Source of the DNA: Candidatus Saccharimonadota bacterium
GTDB taxonomy: Bacteria; Patescibacteriota; Gracilibacteria; Absconditabacterales; Absconditicoccaceae
DNA length: 32,000 nucleotides
NCBI GenBank assembly: GCA_965231145.1
Contig: OZ246420.1
Coordinates: 1,075,294 to 1,107,293 of the forward strand
Reading direction: 5' to 3'
The number at the start of each line of letters is the position of its first letter. Within the stretch, counting starts at the first letter, position 1. Shown here piece by piece: positions 9,519-18,824 of this stretch. Under the pieces are notes generated by a model, which was given only the letters and a program-made list of their open reading frames with translations, had not been told where the DNA came from and ran no database searches. A program made the position numbers and the translations under genes.

Positions 9519-10841
9519 ATGTCAGGAATAGTAAAGAGAACCAATAGTGAGATGTCCTTACGTGACGAACTTAATGAGCGTGGGTTTCTCTACCAGTATA
9601 CGAGTGAAAAGTTATTTGACCTCTATGACAAATGATGAGAATCATTGTATCTTGGATGCGATCCTACTGCAGACAGTCTGCACTTGGGTAATTTTGTCGC
9701 AATCATGAATACGGTGAATTTTATGAAACGCGGGAATCATCTTATCCTGATAGTCGGCGGCGAAACGGGTATGATCGGTGATCCAGGAGGAAAAGACAGC
9801 GAAAGACAAATGCTTTCTCAGGAGACGCTCGAATACAATGTCATAAAGATTACCGAGCAGGTATGAGCAATTTTGAATAACCTCAAAGAGTTGTCAGGAT
9901 ATGACTTTACGTTCGAAGTAATAAACAATCAGGAATTTTACAAGGATATGAGTTTTTCTGGATTTCTGAGAGAAGTGGGGAAATACATTACCGTCAACCA
10001 GATGATGAACAAAGAGACGGTGAAAAAGAGAATCGAAGATCCTGATAAGTCAATTTCCTTTACTGAGTTTAGTTACATGCTCCTCCAGTGATATGACTTC
10101 TTTTGGCTACATACCAACAAACGCGTCAACCTCCAAATAGCAAGTTCTGACCAATGGTGAAACATCGTGACAGGAGTAGAACTGACGGCGAAAAAATGTG
10201 GCGACGAGGTCTATGGCATGACATGACCACTGATTCTTGACTCGACAGGAAAGAAGTTTGGCAAGTCAGAGGGCAATGCAATTTGGCTCAGTCCAGACAA
10301 GAACTCGCCATATTACGTCTACCAGTATTTCATGAACACCTCTGACGAGGATGTCGAAAGATTTCTGAAGCTGTTCACACTACTCAGCATAGACGAGATA
10401 GCAGAAATTGTTACAAAGCACTCTGAAGACACTGCTGCGAGATATGGTCAGCGCACACTCGCCCACTATGTCGTCCAGACAATATTTGGCAAAAAAGCTG
10501 TCGAGGCGGCAGAGAAAATTACCGAGGTGCTTTTTGGCGCTGAAGACAAATTGACATTAATCAACGGAATGAATGAAGATGAGATAAATGCCCTAAAGCA
10601 TGAGACATGAGGAATTATTCTGGAAACCCTCCCTATGAATGTTTGTGATGCTATTATCGCGACATGACTAGAAACTTCGAAAGGAAACGCAAAAAAGGCT
10701 GTCGAGGCAGGATCAATCTATCTCAATGAAATAAAAGTAGAAAAGACCGACCATTCTATCACGAAGGCAGATATCTTAAACGGGAAAGCTGCTCTGCTCA
10801 GAAAGTGAAAAAAGAATTTTAAACTAATTATAAAGGGATAA
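9519..10841 (+). CDS. tyrS: Tyrosine--tRNA ligase
   Basis: Fragments 9645-9866, 9873-10091 and 10332-10610 join, with TGA on conserved Gly residues. Motifs are K-G-G-ESLYLGCDPTADSLHLGN, LLQ-G-YDF, SSDQW-G-NI, KFGKSEGNAIWL, and a C-terminal S4-like tail ending RK-G-KKNF. A later start at Met-12 is possible. It has no CGA or CGG codon. Confidence 0.92.
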
Positions 10842-10863
10842 GGGTTGAGGGCCAAGGGATAAA
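10833..10863. repeat. Tandem heptads GGGATAA-GGGTTGA-GGGCCAA-GGGATAA; left arm of the inverted repeat around the four-helix-bundle gene
   Basis: AAGGGATAAGGG at 10833-10844 is the exact reverse complement of CCCTTATCCCTT at 11269-11280. The tyrS stop codon lies inside the first heptad. Confidence 0.7.
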
Positions 10864-10904
10864 TTCAAATATAAAAAAATCTTTATGTTATAACAAAAAC
10901 AAAA

Positions 10905-11255
10905 ATGCTGCACTATAAGGAACTTTTGGTATGGCAAAAAAGCGTTGCCATAGCTATTCATGCATATAAAATAACACAGCCTTTCCCAAAGTCCGAACTA
11001 TTTTGACTTACAGATCAAATAAGAAGGTCTTCCGTTTCTATTGCTGCTAATATTGCAGAATGATCACAAAGAGGGACAAAAGAATATAAACACTTTCTTA
11101 AAATAGCAAGAGGTTCAATTGCAGAACTAGATACTCATTTGATTATCAGCAAAGAGGTATGATTTCTTACAGAAGATACCTATAATTTTGTTTACAATCA
11201 ATTAATGGAAGTATGAAGAATGAGCGCATCCTTGTTAAAAAAGCTTTGAGTATAG
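10905..11255 (+). CDS. Four-helix-bundle protein (23S rRNA intervening-sequence protein / Avd-like family)
   Basis: MLHYKELLVWQKSVAIAIHAYKITQPFPKSELF-G-LTDQIRRSSVSIAANIAE-G-SQRGTKEYKHFLKIARGSIAELDTHLIISKEV-G-FL matches the family signature (W.K...L......FP..E.FGL..Q.RRA..SI..NIAEG......EF..FL.IA.GS..E). TGA falls on the conserved Gly positions. Confidence 0.85.
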
Positions 11256-11263
11256 AATTCATA

Positions 11264-11300
11264 CTTATCCCTTATCCCTTTTTTATACCTTGTCCCTAGA
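11264..11300. repeat. Right arm of the inverted heptad repeat (TTATCCC-TTATCCC ... TTGTCCC)
   Basis: The reverse complement reads GGGACAA-GGTATAA-AAAA-GGGATAA-GGGATAA, mirroring the left arm. It abuts the ksgA stop codon (11301-11303). Confidence 0.7.
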
Positions 11301-12122
11301 TTATTTGCAAATAAGATCCATATCATCTCGGCTTAACTCCTCTATTCTTTTGCCGGCAAGATTTTCCGGTAACTGATACGCATAGCCGTCTAACCTCAAA
11401 ATATTTGCATTTTTTTCGTTGTCATCAACATCATTTTGGCTTTTATAAGCCATTTTCCGACTCTTACCAAGGGTTTTTCTCTTATACATCGAAATTCTCT
11501 CTAAAATCATCTTCATCTGAGGGTAGGCGCACCCTGGGGTGTCTTTTTTGCGTCTGAGAGAAATTATTGACGATTGCACCTTAGGTTTTGGTGAAAATGC
11601 CTTTGCGGGGACCGTTTTTAGGTATAGAACATCATAATGATAGTTCAGCAACCACCACAGGAACGATTTTTTTTCTGCATCATGTTTAATTTTGTCAGCA
11701 ACTTCTTTTTGGATCATAAAAATTCAAACGTCGAACACGGGAGCCTCTCCTCCAAAAAACTTTGTAAGAATCGGTGAGGTAATATAGTAGGGAAGATTTC
11801 CAGCAACCATAGTCTTTCCTGGTTTGAGTCATTTATTTTCTAATAGCGTGAGAGGATCCTGTTCAAGAACATCTCCTCGAATAATTTGAGTTTCTGATCC
11901 ATCGACGACGGATTCAATAAATTCACAGAGATCCATATCTTTCTCAAAAAGGATGACCTGCTTACCAAGATGGATAAGCTTTCTTGTCAGCGCACACTTC
12001 CCTGGTCATATCTCGATAATGGTATCAAGTCCGAGCTCCTGACAATACTGCTCTATTTTTTGAACGATAAAATTGATATACGTTCCGTCTTTCAAAAAGT
12101 TTTGTCCTAAGTAACTCGGCAT
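11301..12122 (-). CDS. rsmA: 16S rRNA (adenine1518/1519-N6)-dimethyltransferase
   Basis: The start is MPSYLGQNFLKD (ATG 12120-12122). The track ORF 11301-11717 extends through three TGA codons. Motifs are TIIEI-G-PGKCALT, VAGNLPYYITSPIL, and V-G-IFMIQKEVADKI. Confidence 0.9.
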
Positions 12123-12195
12123 GACACATATATTCGATAAATGTACCAAGTATACGACTATAGGTTTGTTTTTCTATGGTTTATAGACTTTTTAG

Positions 12196-12235
12196 AAAAT
12201 AAAAAAAGACCCCTACCGAGGTAGAGAGTCTTTTT
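12196..12235 (-). terminator. Rho-independent terminator after the S-layer gene
   Basis: The minus-strand RNA reads GACTCTCTACC-TC-GGTAGGGGTC followed by TTTTTTTATTTT, about 25 nt downstream of the stop at 12260. Confidence 0.75.
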
Positions 12236-12259
12236 CGCTAATAAGCTAGGAATAGCTGA

Positions 12260-15200
12260 TTACTGTGACCATGTGAATGGGAAAGCACCAGTATTCTTGT
12301 AAGATGAAGTGTCATTGATAACAACGTCACCATTGTCAAGCTTATCAAGGTATGATACGTTTGTAAGGTTGAGACCCATAGGGTTAGAAGTTGTACCATT
12401 CAATGTCGCGATTGGATTAACAACCTTGATAGAGAATGTTATCGTAGCCCCATTAGAGATTTCAACTGGCATACTAGCACCTGCTCCGCTGAAGTTAATA
12501 GTACCAGCTGATCCAGAGTAGATAAGATCACCTCCAAGACCATTCTTGTACACATTAACAACTGGTGCAGCAGCACCGTAACCTGTTGTATTTACTAGAT
12601 CAAATGTGAATCCAGTAACTTGAACTCTATTACCCTTAGCAGTTACATCAAATCTTGCAAACTCAGAAGTCGAAGGAGTTACGTTTACCTTAGAAACAGA
12701 TACCGCACCTCTTGCGATCTTAGTAGACTGAGAAATAGCAACTGTAGGATTAGATACAGCAGTAACAAGCTGTCCATTAGATTTAGAGATAGCTCTTACA
12801 CCACTGTAAGTACCAGCAGTCTGATCAGCAATATCGTTAGCTGTATCGAATGCAAATGTGAATCCTGTAGTTACGTCACCTGTATTAAGAACTGAACTGA
12901 TGTCAGCCTTGATAGAGTAAGTCTTAGTCTGTGAAACAGCAAGACTGTTGTTTGACATACTTTCGAATGCAATTACACCGTTTCTGATTGTACCGAACCA
13001 AGAGTTAGTACCATCAGTAAGCTGTACATTGTTGATCTTGTTAGCAAGGTTTGTTCCGAGACCACCATTTGCCTTAACGTAGAGATCAGTGAGATCAACT
13101 GCATCGTTCTTACCTTCAAGGTTGAACTGAGCGATTGTCACGTTTTGCTGACCACCGTAAAGGAGTTGTGACTGGAGTGATGAGTTAGCTGCAACTTCTA
13201 CTGTAGCAGAACCATTGATAGTGAGTGTACCACCCGCTACGTCAGTTACTGTAACAGAATTAGAAGTTACTGTATCTAGAGCATCAACGTCAGTAAGCGT
13301 AAGCTTCAATGTATCAGTTGTACCAGCAGTGAAGTTACCTCTTACAGTCCATGATACTGGAGCGTTCTTCGCTACAGTAATATTGAGGCTAGAGAATGTG
13401 ATCTTACCGTTTTGGTATGTAGCAGTCTTAACAGCATTACCTTGCGCGTCGTAAAGAGTTGCAGTAAGCTTGTTGTTGAATGCGCTTTGTGGAACTACAC
13501 CAGCTGATGTTGCACCAGAAAGAGTAATCTGATTGATTCTAATAGAGTTAGCCTGAGATGTTGAGAATGTAGCACCGTAAAGGAGCTGATCCTGAGCACC
13601 GTCAACAACTGTCTTAGAAGAGATACCGTCAGTTCTTGAAACAGCAAGTTTAGAAGCTACGATAGTGATTGTTGCACCTTCGATAGAACCAACTGAAGCT
13701 GATCCAGAAACTGCGTTTTGGTTATTCTGATACTCTGCAGTGTCAAAACTGTCGAGTGTGAGAGGACCAAATTTGATAGTAGCAGCACCAGCGTTTGACT
13801 TAATGTCAGCTGTAAGCTCTACGTCAACTGTACCATTGATAGCTACTGAACCATCAAATGATGCAGCTGTAAGACCTGTTCCGCTATCTGCAGACCAAGT
13901 GAACGTAGAACCACCGATTCTAAGTTTGTATGAGTTAGCGATGTTACTTGCTCCTGTAGAAGCAGTGAACGCTAAAGCAATATCCTCGAGGTATACTGGA
14001 CTCTTAGCAGAGATAGTACCCTTAAGAAGAACTGAACCGTTAGTACCTGGAGAAATACTGTTAGAGAGTGAGAAAGCTGAATCTCTCTTGAACATTACAT
14101 CAGCACCATTTACTGTGTAAGTCTTAAGTGTTGGAGTTCCAGATACTCTTACTCTAAATGCAGTTGTTTCTTCGATAACATTGAGATCAGAAGTGTTTCT
14201 GAGTCTGAAGATATATGTATCACCATCAACACCGTCAACATAGTTAACAGTACCTCTGATGTAGTAGTTAGCAGTCTGTCCGTCCTTGATTTCGTCACCG
14301 TTACCAAGACCGAATGTAAGATCCTTACCATTCATAACTGTTACAGTTGATACCTTAGTACCGTTTCTGTAAAGAGCTACATTTGAAAGGCTAGTAAGAT
14401 CTCCATCACCATCCTGTCTAAATGTTACTGACTTGAAGCTAAGATCTCTTTCGTCAGCACCAGTAGAAGAATCGATAACTCTGAACTGACCAATTTCAAG
14501 ATCAGTAGCATCAGTAGCAGTTGCAGTAAGTCCTGCACCAGCTTCCTGGATAGTTACCAATGAAACAAGGTAGTTAGCAGTTCTAAGTGTTGGAGTAGTA
14601 ATCATACCAACTACATTAGCAGCAGTACTGTCGATAGATGTAGACTGGAACATATGTTCACCTCCTACATTAGCAGCAGCCATGTCAGCGTAAAGGTCGA
14701 TAGATTCAGTTGTTCCTGCCTTGATCACCCATGCTGGTGCGAAGCTAAGAGTAACTGTCTGATCAGAACTTACCGAAGCTCTAGAAGACACTCTGATACC
14801 GTCTTTTTCGAAGTATACTCTAGAAATGTCAGACGCGTTACCGAGTCCTGATCTCTTAAGAGTTACTGAATTAACAGTAATGTCCTTAGAACCTGCAGCA
14901 AAGTCTACAGTAGCGAACTTCACTGAACCTGCTTGAGGAACAGAAGAAAGGTTTGCTGGAGACGCAGAGTTCATTGAGATATTGAGGTTACCTTCTCTTA
15001 CAACGATAGGACCAGTAGAACCAGTACCATTGTTATTACAAAGAGTTGGATCAATATCACAAAGACCATTGTTGTCTATTGCCAATCTGTAGAGCATGAG
15101 CATCATGTCACCTCTAAGGATTGATTGACTAAGCATAGCGTACTTCATGATCCCCTTAGAGTTAAGGAGTTCGAAGTGAGCTTGTTCAGAAGACATAGGA

Positions 15201-15628
15201 TCAATTTCACCGAGCATACGAGATACTACAGTTGCAACCTGACCTCTTGTTACTTCTTGCTTAGGCATGAACTTACCATCGTGTCCCATCATGAGACCGA
15301 GGTTACAAGCAGCTGTGATGCTGTCAGTAAGAGTGTCGTCAGCCATAGCGGTATCTGTGAAATCGCAGCTTCCTGCAACTTCTTCGAGACCGAGTACTGA
15401 CATACCAAACTGGCTAGCAAATTTAGCAAATTGCTCTCTAGTAAGATTTGCGTAAGGCATAAATGTGTCTGTTCCGCTGTACTTTGTCAAACCTGCATCG
15501 TAACCCCAAGAGATCGCGTCGATCATTTCAGGATCAGTTACTACTGGAGCTCCGTAAGCGAGACCAGTAACGAGTTGACTAGCAACAACGGCAGCAGCAG
15601 CTGATGTAGCAATAAGCTTTTTCAACAT
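12260..15628 (-). CDS. Putative S-layer / cell-surface protein: signal peptide, three SLH-like repeats, then a long Ser/Thr/Gly/Asn-rich region of repeated beta-type modules
   Basis: The start is placed at MLKKLIATSAAAAVVASQLVTGLAYGAP (ATG 15626-15628). SLH-like segments are IDAISWGYDAGLTKYSGTDTFMPYANLTREQFAKFASQF, FTDTAMADDTLTDSITAACNLGLMMGHDGKFMPKQEVTRGQVATVVSRML, and a degenerate third ending ILRGDMMLMLYRL. The remaining ~900 aa is low in charged residues and shows recurring VTL..SG... and V.L.DG motifs. It is an uninterrupted 1122-codon frame with a strong terminator. Confidence 0.75.
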   Translation of the reverse strand: MLKKLIATSAAAAVVASQLVTGLAYGAPVVTDPEMIDAISWGYDAGLTKYSGTDTFMPYANLTREQFAKFASQFGMSVLGLEEVAGSCDFTDTAMADDTLTDSITAACNLGLMMGHDGKFMPKQEVTRGQVATVVSRMLGEIDPMSSEQAHFELLNSKGIMKYAMLSQSILRGDMMLMLYRLAIDNNGLCDIDPTLCNNNGTGSTGPIVVREGNLNISMNSASPANLSSVPQAGSVKFATVDFAAGSKDITVNSVTLKRSGLGNASDISRVYFEKDGIRVSSRASVSSDQTVTLSFAPAWVIKAGTTESIDLYADMAAANVGGEHMFQSTSIDSTAANVVGMITTPTLRTANYLVSLVTIQEAGAGLTATATDATDLEIGQFRVIDSSTGADERDLSFKSVTFRQDGDGDLTSLSNVALYRNGTKVSTVTVMNGKDLTFGLGNGDEIKDGQTANYYIRGTVNYVDGVDGDTYIFRLRNTSDLNVIEETTAFRVRVSGTPTLKTYTVNGADVMFKRDSAFSLSNSISPGTNGSVLLKGTISAKSPVYLEDIALAFTASTGASNIANSYKLRIGGSTFTWSADSGTGLTAASFDGSVAINGTVDVELTADIKSNAGAATIKFGPLTLDSFDTAEYQNNQNAVSGSASVGSIEGATITIVASKLAVSRTDGISSKTVVDGAQDQLLYGATFSTSQANSIRINQITLSGATSAGVVPQSAFNNKLTATLYDAQGNAVKTATYQNGKITFSSLNITVAKNAPVSWTVRGNFTAGTTDTLKLTLTDVDALDTVTSNSVTVTDVAGGTLTINGSATVEVAANSSLQSQLLYGGQQNVTIAQFNLEGKNDAVDLTDLYVKANGGLGTNLANKINNVQLTDGTNSWFGTIRNGVIAFESMSNNSLAVSQTKTYSIKADISSVLNTGDVTTGFTFAFDTANDIADQTAGTYSGVRAISKSNGQLVTAVSNPTVAISQSTKIARGAVSVSKVNVTPSTSEFARFDVTAKGNRVQVTGFTFDLVNTTGYGAAAPVVNVYKNGLGGDLIYSGSAGTINFSGAGASMPVEISNGATITFSIKVVNPIATLNGTTSNPMGLNLTNVSYLDKLDNGDVVINDTSSYKNTGAFPFTWSQ

Positions 15629-15692
15629 GTGTCGTTGTAAAAAAGGAAATAAATAGAATGGATAAAACATCCATAAATTAAAACATCCCAAT

Positions 15693-15708
15693 CCGTGTCT
15701 CCACACGG
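15693..15708 (-). promoter_or_regulatory. 5' leader hairpin upstream of the S-layer gene
   Basis: CCGTGT-GGAG-ACACGG on the minus strand lies about 65 nt upstream of the start codon. It is preceded by TTGACA-N17-TAATGT. Assigning it a leader or stabiliser role is inference. Confidence 0.35.
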
Positions 15709-15924
15709 TTACATTAGTAATACTCATCTACCCTGTCAATGCAAGTCTTTTTTGACACAACACGACAGACATATTTTGCTAGGTAGATACTGACTTATAT
15801 GTAACACATCAGTACCCTAGATACGAGCAAATTCGGTTTTTGTGACACACATATATACATTAATATAGACATAGAATAGATTTATTTAAGACACATTAAG
15901 CCTTGACCGGTTTCATAAAATAAA

Positions 15925-15973
15925 AAATAATAAATAAAAGATAAGAAAAAAATCATCTCTTATTTATTATTTA
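15925..15973 (-). terminator. AT-rich inverted repeat downstream of tRNA(CCG); possible terminator
   Basis: AAATAATAAATAAAAGA (15925-15941) pairs with TCTCTTATTTATTATTT (15957-15973). A T-run follows on the minus strand. Confidence 0.35.
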
Positions 15974-15999
15974 TCATCTGTAGATTTATAAGTTGTACT

Positions 16000-16070
16000 C
16001 AAGAGAACCAGGGATTGAACCTGGACTATCAGCTTCGGAGGCTGATGTGCTACCACTACACCATTCTCTT
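16000..16070 (-). tRNA. tRNA with anticodon CCG (nominally Arg) but tRNA-Trp-like identity features
   Basis: The reverse complement is AAGAGAATGGTGTAGTGGTAGCACATCAGCCTCCGAAGCTGATAGTCCAGGTTCAATCCCTGGTTCTCTTG. It has an A1-U72 pair, a G5-C68 pair and discriminator G73. Anticodon loop CUCCGAA equals the Trp loop CUCCAAA with only position 36 changed, and keeps A37 rather than G37. The D-loop AGTGGTA has U at position 20, not the A20 used by ArgRS. Confidence 0.8.
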
Positions 16071-16093
16071 ACGGTAATAACAATTGGATTATA

Positions 16094-16164
16094 AATGTTA
16101 GATTTAGCATTTCGATTGTCGAAGATCGACCATCCAGCTGCTAACATCTAAAATCTAACATCTA
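16094..16164. repeat. Intergenic element with two copies of CTAACATCTA and a complementary ATGTTAGATTTAGCA arm
   Basis: CTAACATCTA occurs at 16141-16150 and 16155-16164. ATGTTAGATTTAGCA (16095-16109) can pair with TGCTAA...AATCTAACAT. The same motif forms the hairpin at 4686-4726. Both copies lie just 3' of minus-strand genes (comEC, tuf). Confidence 0.5.
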
Positions 16165-16178
16165 ATTGCTTATGTGTT

Positions 16179-17669
16179 TTATCCAGACCTGCGCGACAAT
16201 AACACAATTGCTGTTATAAGTCCAAAAGTAACAATAAGTATGACAATTCTGGCTCGTCATGTTTCTGCATGTATAATAATACTATGATCAATACTTCGTT
16301 TATTGACAGCATAGATTCGCCGTACGGACCATAGCTGCGGATAAGCAAGTCGGCGGTACGCAGTAACACTATAGAGAAGTGCCGAGAAAAATCCATAGAT
16401 CATCACGAGCGGCACAAGCGGAACGATAAGCACATTCGACAAGATAGACACAAGATTGACGCGACTGGTAAAGAACAAAAGAGGCGTAAAAATACCGAGA
16501 GCAGCAGCAATGCTAGGCAACAAATAGAGATTCCGGAAACGACTTATCAGATCCTTCAACAATGCTTTATATTCACGAAATTTTATTTTCTTTGTAGTGT
16601 CTGCTCTTCGGCGCTGCGAAAAGAAAGCAAGTCATGCTAGCGCAGTAAAGCTAAAAATAAATCACAAATCATAAAGAAGATAGTAAGGGTTTCGTAGAAG
16701 CATGGCTACATAGACATACGCCATATTGCACCATACATGCAGCGCACGACCCAAAAAAACCGCACTGATGCTCAATAACGCCATAAGTGATGCGCGCACC
16801 ACTGAACTATCCCAACCACACAATGATGCATACATAATAACAGACAGAGCAAGAATCGCAGACCTAAGATAATAGGGCAAAAAGAACAACAATGCAGACA
16901 AAAAAGAAACAAGGAGCACTATATTTCATCCGCTGACCGCAATAATGTGGACAAGTCCTGACTCTACAAAAGAGCTATACTCCTCTTTCGAAAGATGCGA
17001 ACGATCACCCATAAACATCCCGAGAGACAATCCTAATACTCTTCCATCATAGAGCCCCTGATAGAGTCATATGAGCTGCTGACGTCGTGCGAGTAATCGA
17101 GATGACGAACCTTCGCCCACCACAATACCCTGCTCCTCATATAAAAATCACACTCTCTCTTTCATTATCATCCAACGATCCATGTCAAACTCTCGCTCTA
17201 CAGCGCCTACTAACGCGGCTTTTTGGCGCAAAGACAACCAGACAGGAGCCGCCCACCAATCTCCACTGAGAGAGATTATCTTCGGTTGCGCCACAGCAAA
17301 AACAATGCTTCCGAGGGGATAATAAGCATCGCTATAATAGAGAAAATCTCTTCCCTCTCTATCGCGAAAAACATATCTCTCACTCCCCTGATTTTCTATG
17401 ATCTCTCCAGTTCCTGAATATGTGGATCACACCACTCCCACCCTCTCCTGATATGAGGAGATAAAAAAAGACACGCTGGCGACAGTCAAAAAATATGTCA
17501 ATACGACAGATCAAATTTTTATAAAAGACAACTTAACGGATCTTTTTTGTAAAAACGACTGAACCAAAATTCCTACAATGAGAAAAAATCACACTCCCGC
17601 CGCTGGCCGAAAATTTCCGAAAAAAGTATGAAGCGCCACAAAAATACTTATCGACAATATGAACAACAT
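16179..17669 (-). CDS. comEC: ComEC/Rec2-family DNA internalisation channel, short form (496 aa, no C-terminal metallo-beta-lactamase domain)
   Basis: One frame joins the track ORFs 16257-16562 and 16662-16919 and an N-terminal region when TGA is read as Gly. Motifs are GLVHIIAVSG-G-NIVLL, CGWDSSVVRASLMAL and YDL-G-FIFSFTALA-G-L. The N-terminus has TM helices and an OB-like region (EFDMDRWMIMKERV-G-FLYE). The stop is the TAA at 16179-16181. Confidence 0.8.
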
Positions 17670-17803
17670 TTTTTGTTTTGGTTTGCACAATTAAATATGA
17701 CATTTTAGACAGAAGATTGACAAACAACCTTGCACAATTTTATTTACTTTTTTGATCCTCATTAGTTTACTTCAATTTTTGTTTTTAATCTTTTATTTTT
17801 CAT

Positions 17804-18763
17804 TTACCCGAGATTGTACTCCTCTAAAAATTTTTGTACTTTTTCCTGATAAGCGATCGATTTTGCTTTTATGCCCAACAAATGAAGGATAAAAAGGAAA
17901 TGAAGACGAGAGCCGACAGCAGTAGACGACCTAGACATAAATGTCAACGTCGTGTCAATATCGTTAAACCATCGTTCGTAACTTATTATTTCAGGAATGA
18001 TAACTTTTAGTTGTCATAGCATGTCGACATCTTCTTGTCAACATGGAAAGAACACACATTGACAATGTCACCAGAGATCGACAGACAGCTTAATCGTTTC
18101 TAAGTCTGTCAAAGAGTGGCGATATGGTGTCAAGTTTATTAATCCATATTTATGGCTTTTAGACTGATCTTTTATGTCATTTTGACAATGTTGCCACCTA
18201 TTGACAACTTCTGTCGCAAAATCAGGGTGGTGGACAAGGTTGTCGTGATTATTTCAAAGGTATTTAGCCAATATTTCGTATGATAACCTTTCCCTAGCAA
18301 CCAGTTTTTGACACCTTTTGACTGTCAACTTGTAAAGGAGCTTCATCCGTCGACGAGTAGGAGTCCCAAATCCACCCAACATGACAACATTTTTTCTTAT
18401 AAAATCTGTAGCAAAAAGGATATAATAATTTCGTCATCCATAAAACCATCCGCGAGCTTGAGTAAAAACTTCTCATCATCCGAAGAATTTTAATGCTTTA
18501 GGATTGCACAATCATTTCGTGATGATTTTCTTGTAATTGTTCTTTTGAATGCTTTCTAGTTTGCACAAATCTATATCTAAATAATGGCGATTTTTGTCTA
18601 TTCGGCCGTCAAATCGCTTCTTATCGCCCACCTCTATATAGAGTTTTTCTATCGTAGGGTAGTGAGCAAAAATTCGATTTATGACACCGAAAACCAGTAT
18701 CTCGTCTCCAAAATTTTTATACCCATAATAGCATTTAAGATATCCTTCTTTGGGGTCACGCAT
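17804..18763 (-). CDS. csaB: Polysaccharide pyruvyl transferase, CsaB-like
   Basis: The 319-codon frame runs through multiple TGA codons. The N-terminus YLKCYYGYKNFGDEILVFGVINRI matches the G(Y)YG..N.GDE motif. It continues FF-G-G-GEVFTQARGWFYG-G and MLGGFGTP (the GQGIGP-equivalent position). Confidence 0.6.
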
Positions 18764-18824
18764 CTTCTATTTCATCAACTAAAACATATATAATATGTGT
18801 ACTGAGTTGCGCCCAGAATACAAT

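Noticed and set aside
9645-10610. tyrS, murG, comM, trmD, xerC and other genes appear as strings of short ORFs, suggesting pseudogenes or frameshifts.
   Set aside because: All breaks are in-frame TGA codons at conserved Gly positions, and no frame changes are needed. This is recoding, not gene decay.
10833-10863. The heptad tandem repeats as a possible CRISPR array or telomere-like repeat.
   Set aside because: The units are only 7 nt with no spacers, and there are only about four copies per arm. They are better explained as arms of an inverted repeat around the four-helix-bundle gene.
12309-15455. Many 60-126-aa plus-strand ORFs within the S-layer gene.
   Set aside because: They are shadow ORFs opposite an uninterrupted 1122-codon minus-strand frame.
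17533-17727. A 64-aa minus-strand ORF upstream of comEC.
   Set aside because: It overlaps the ComEC N-terminal TM region in another frame. The ComEC frame is continuous with the conserved channel domain.
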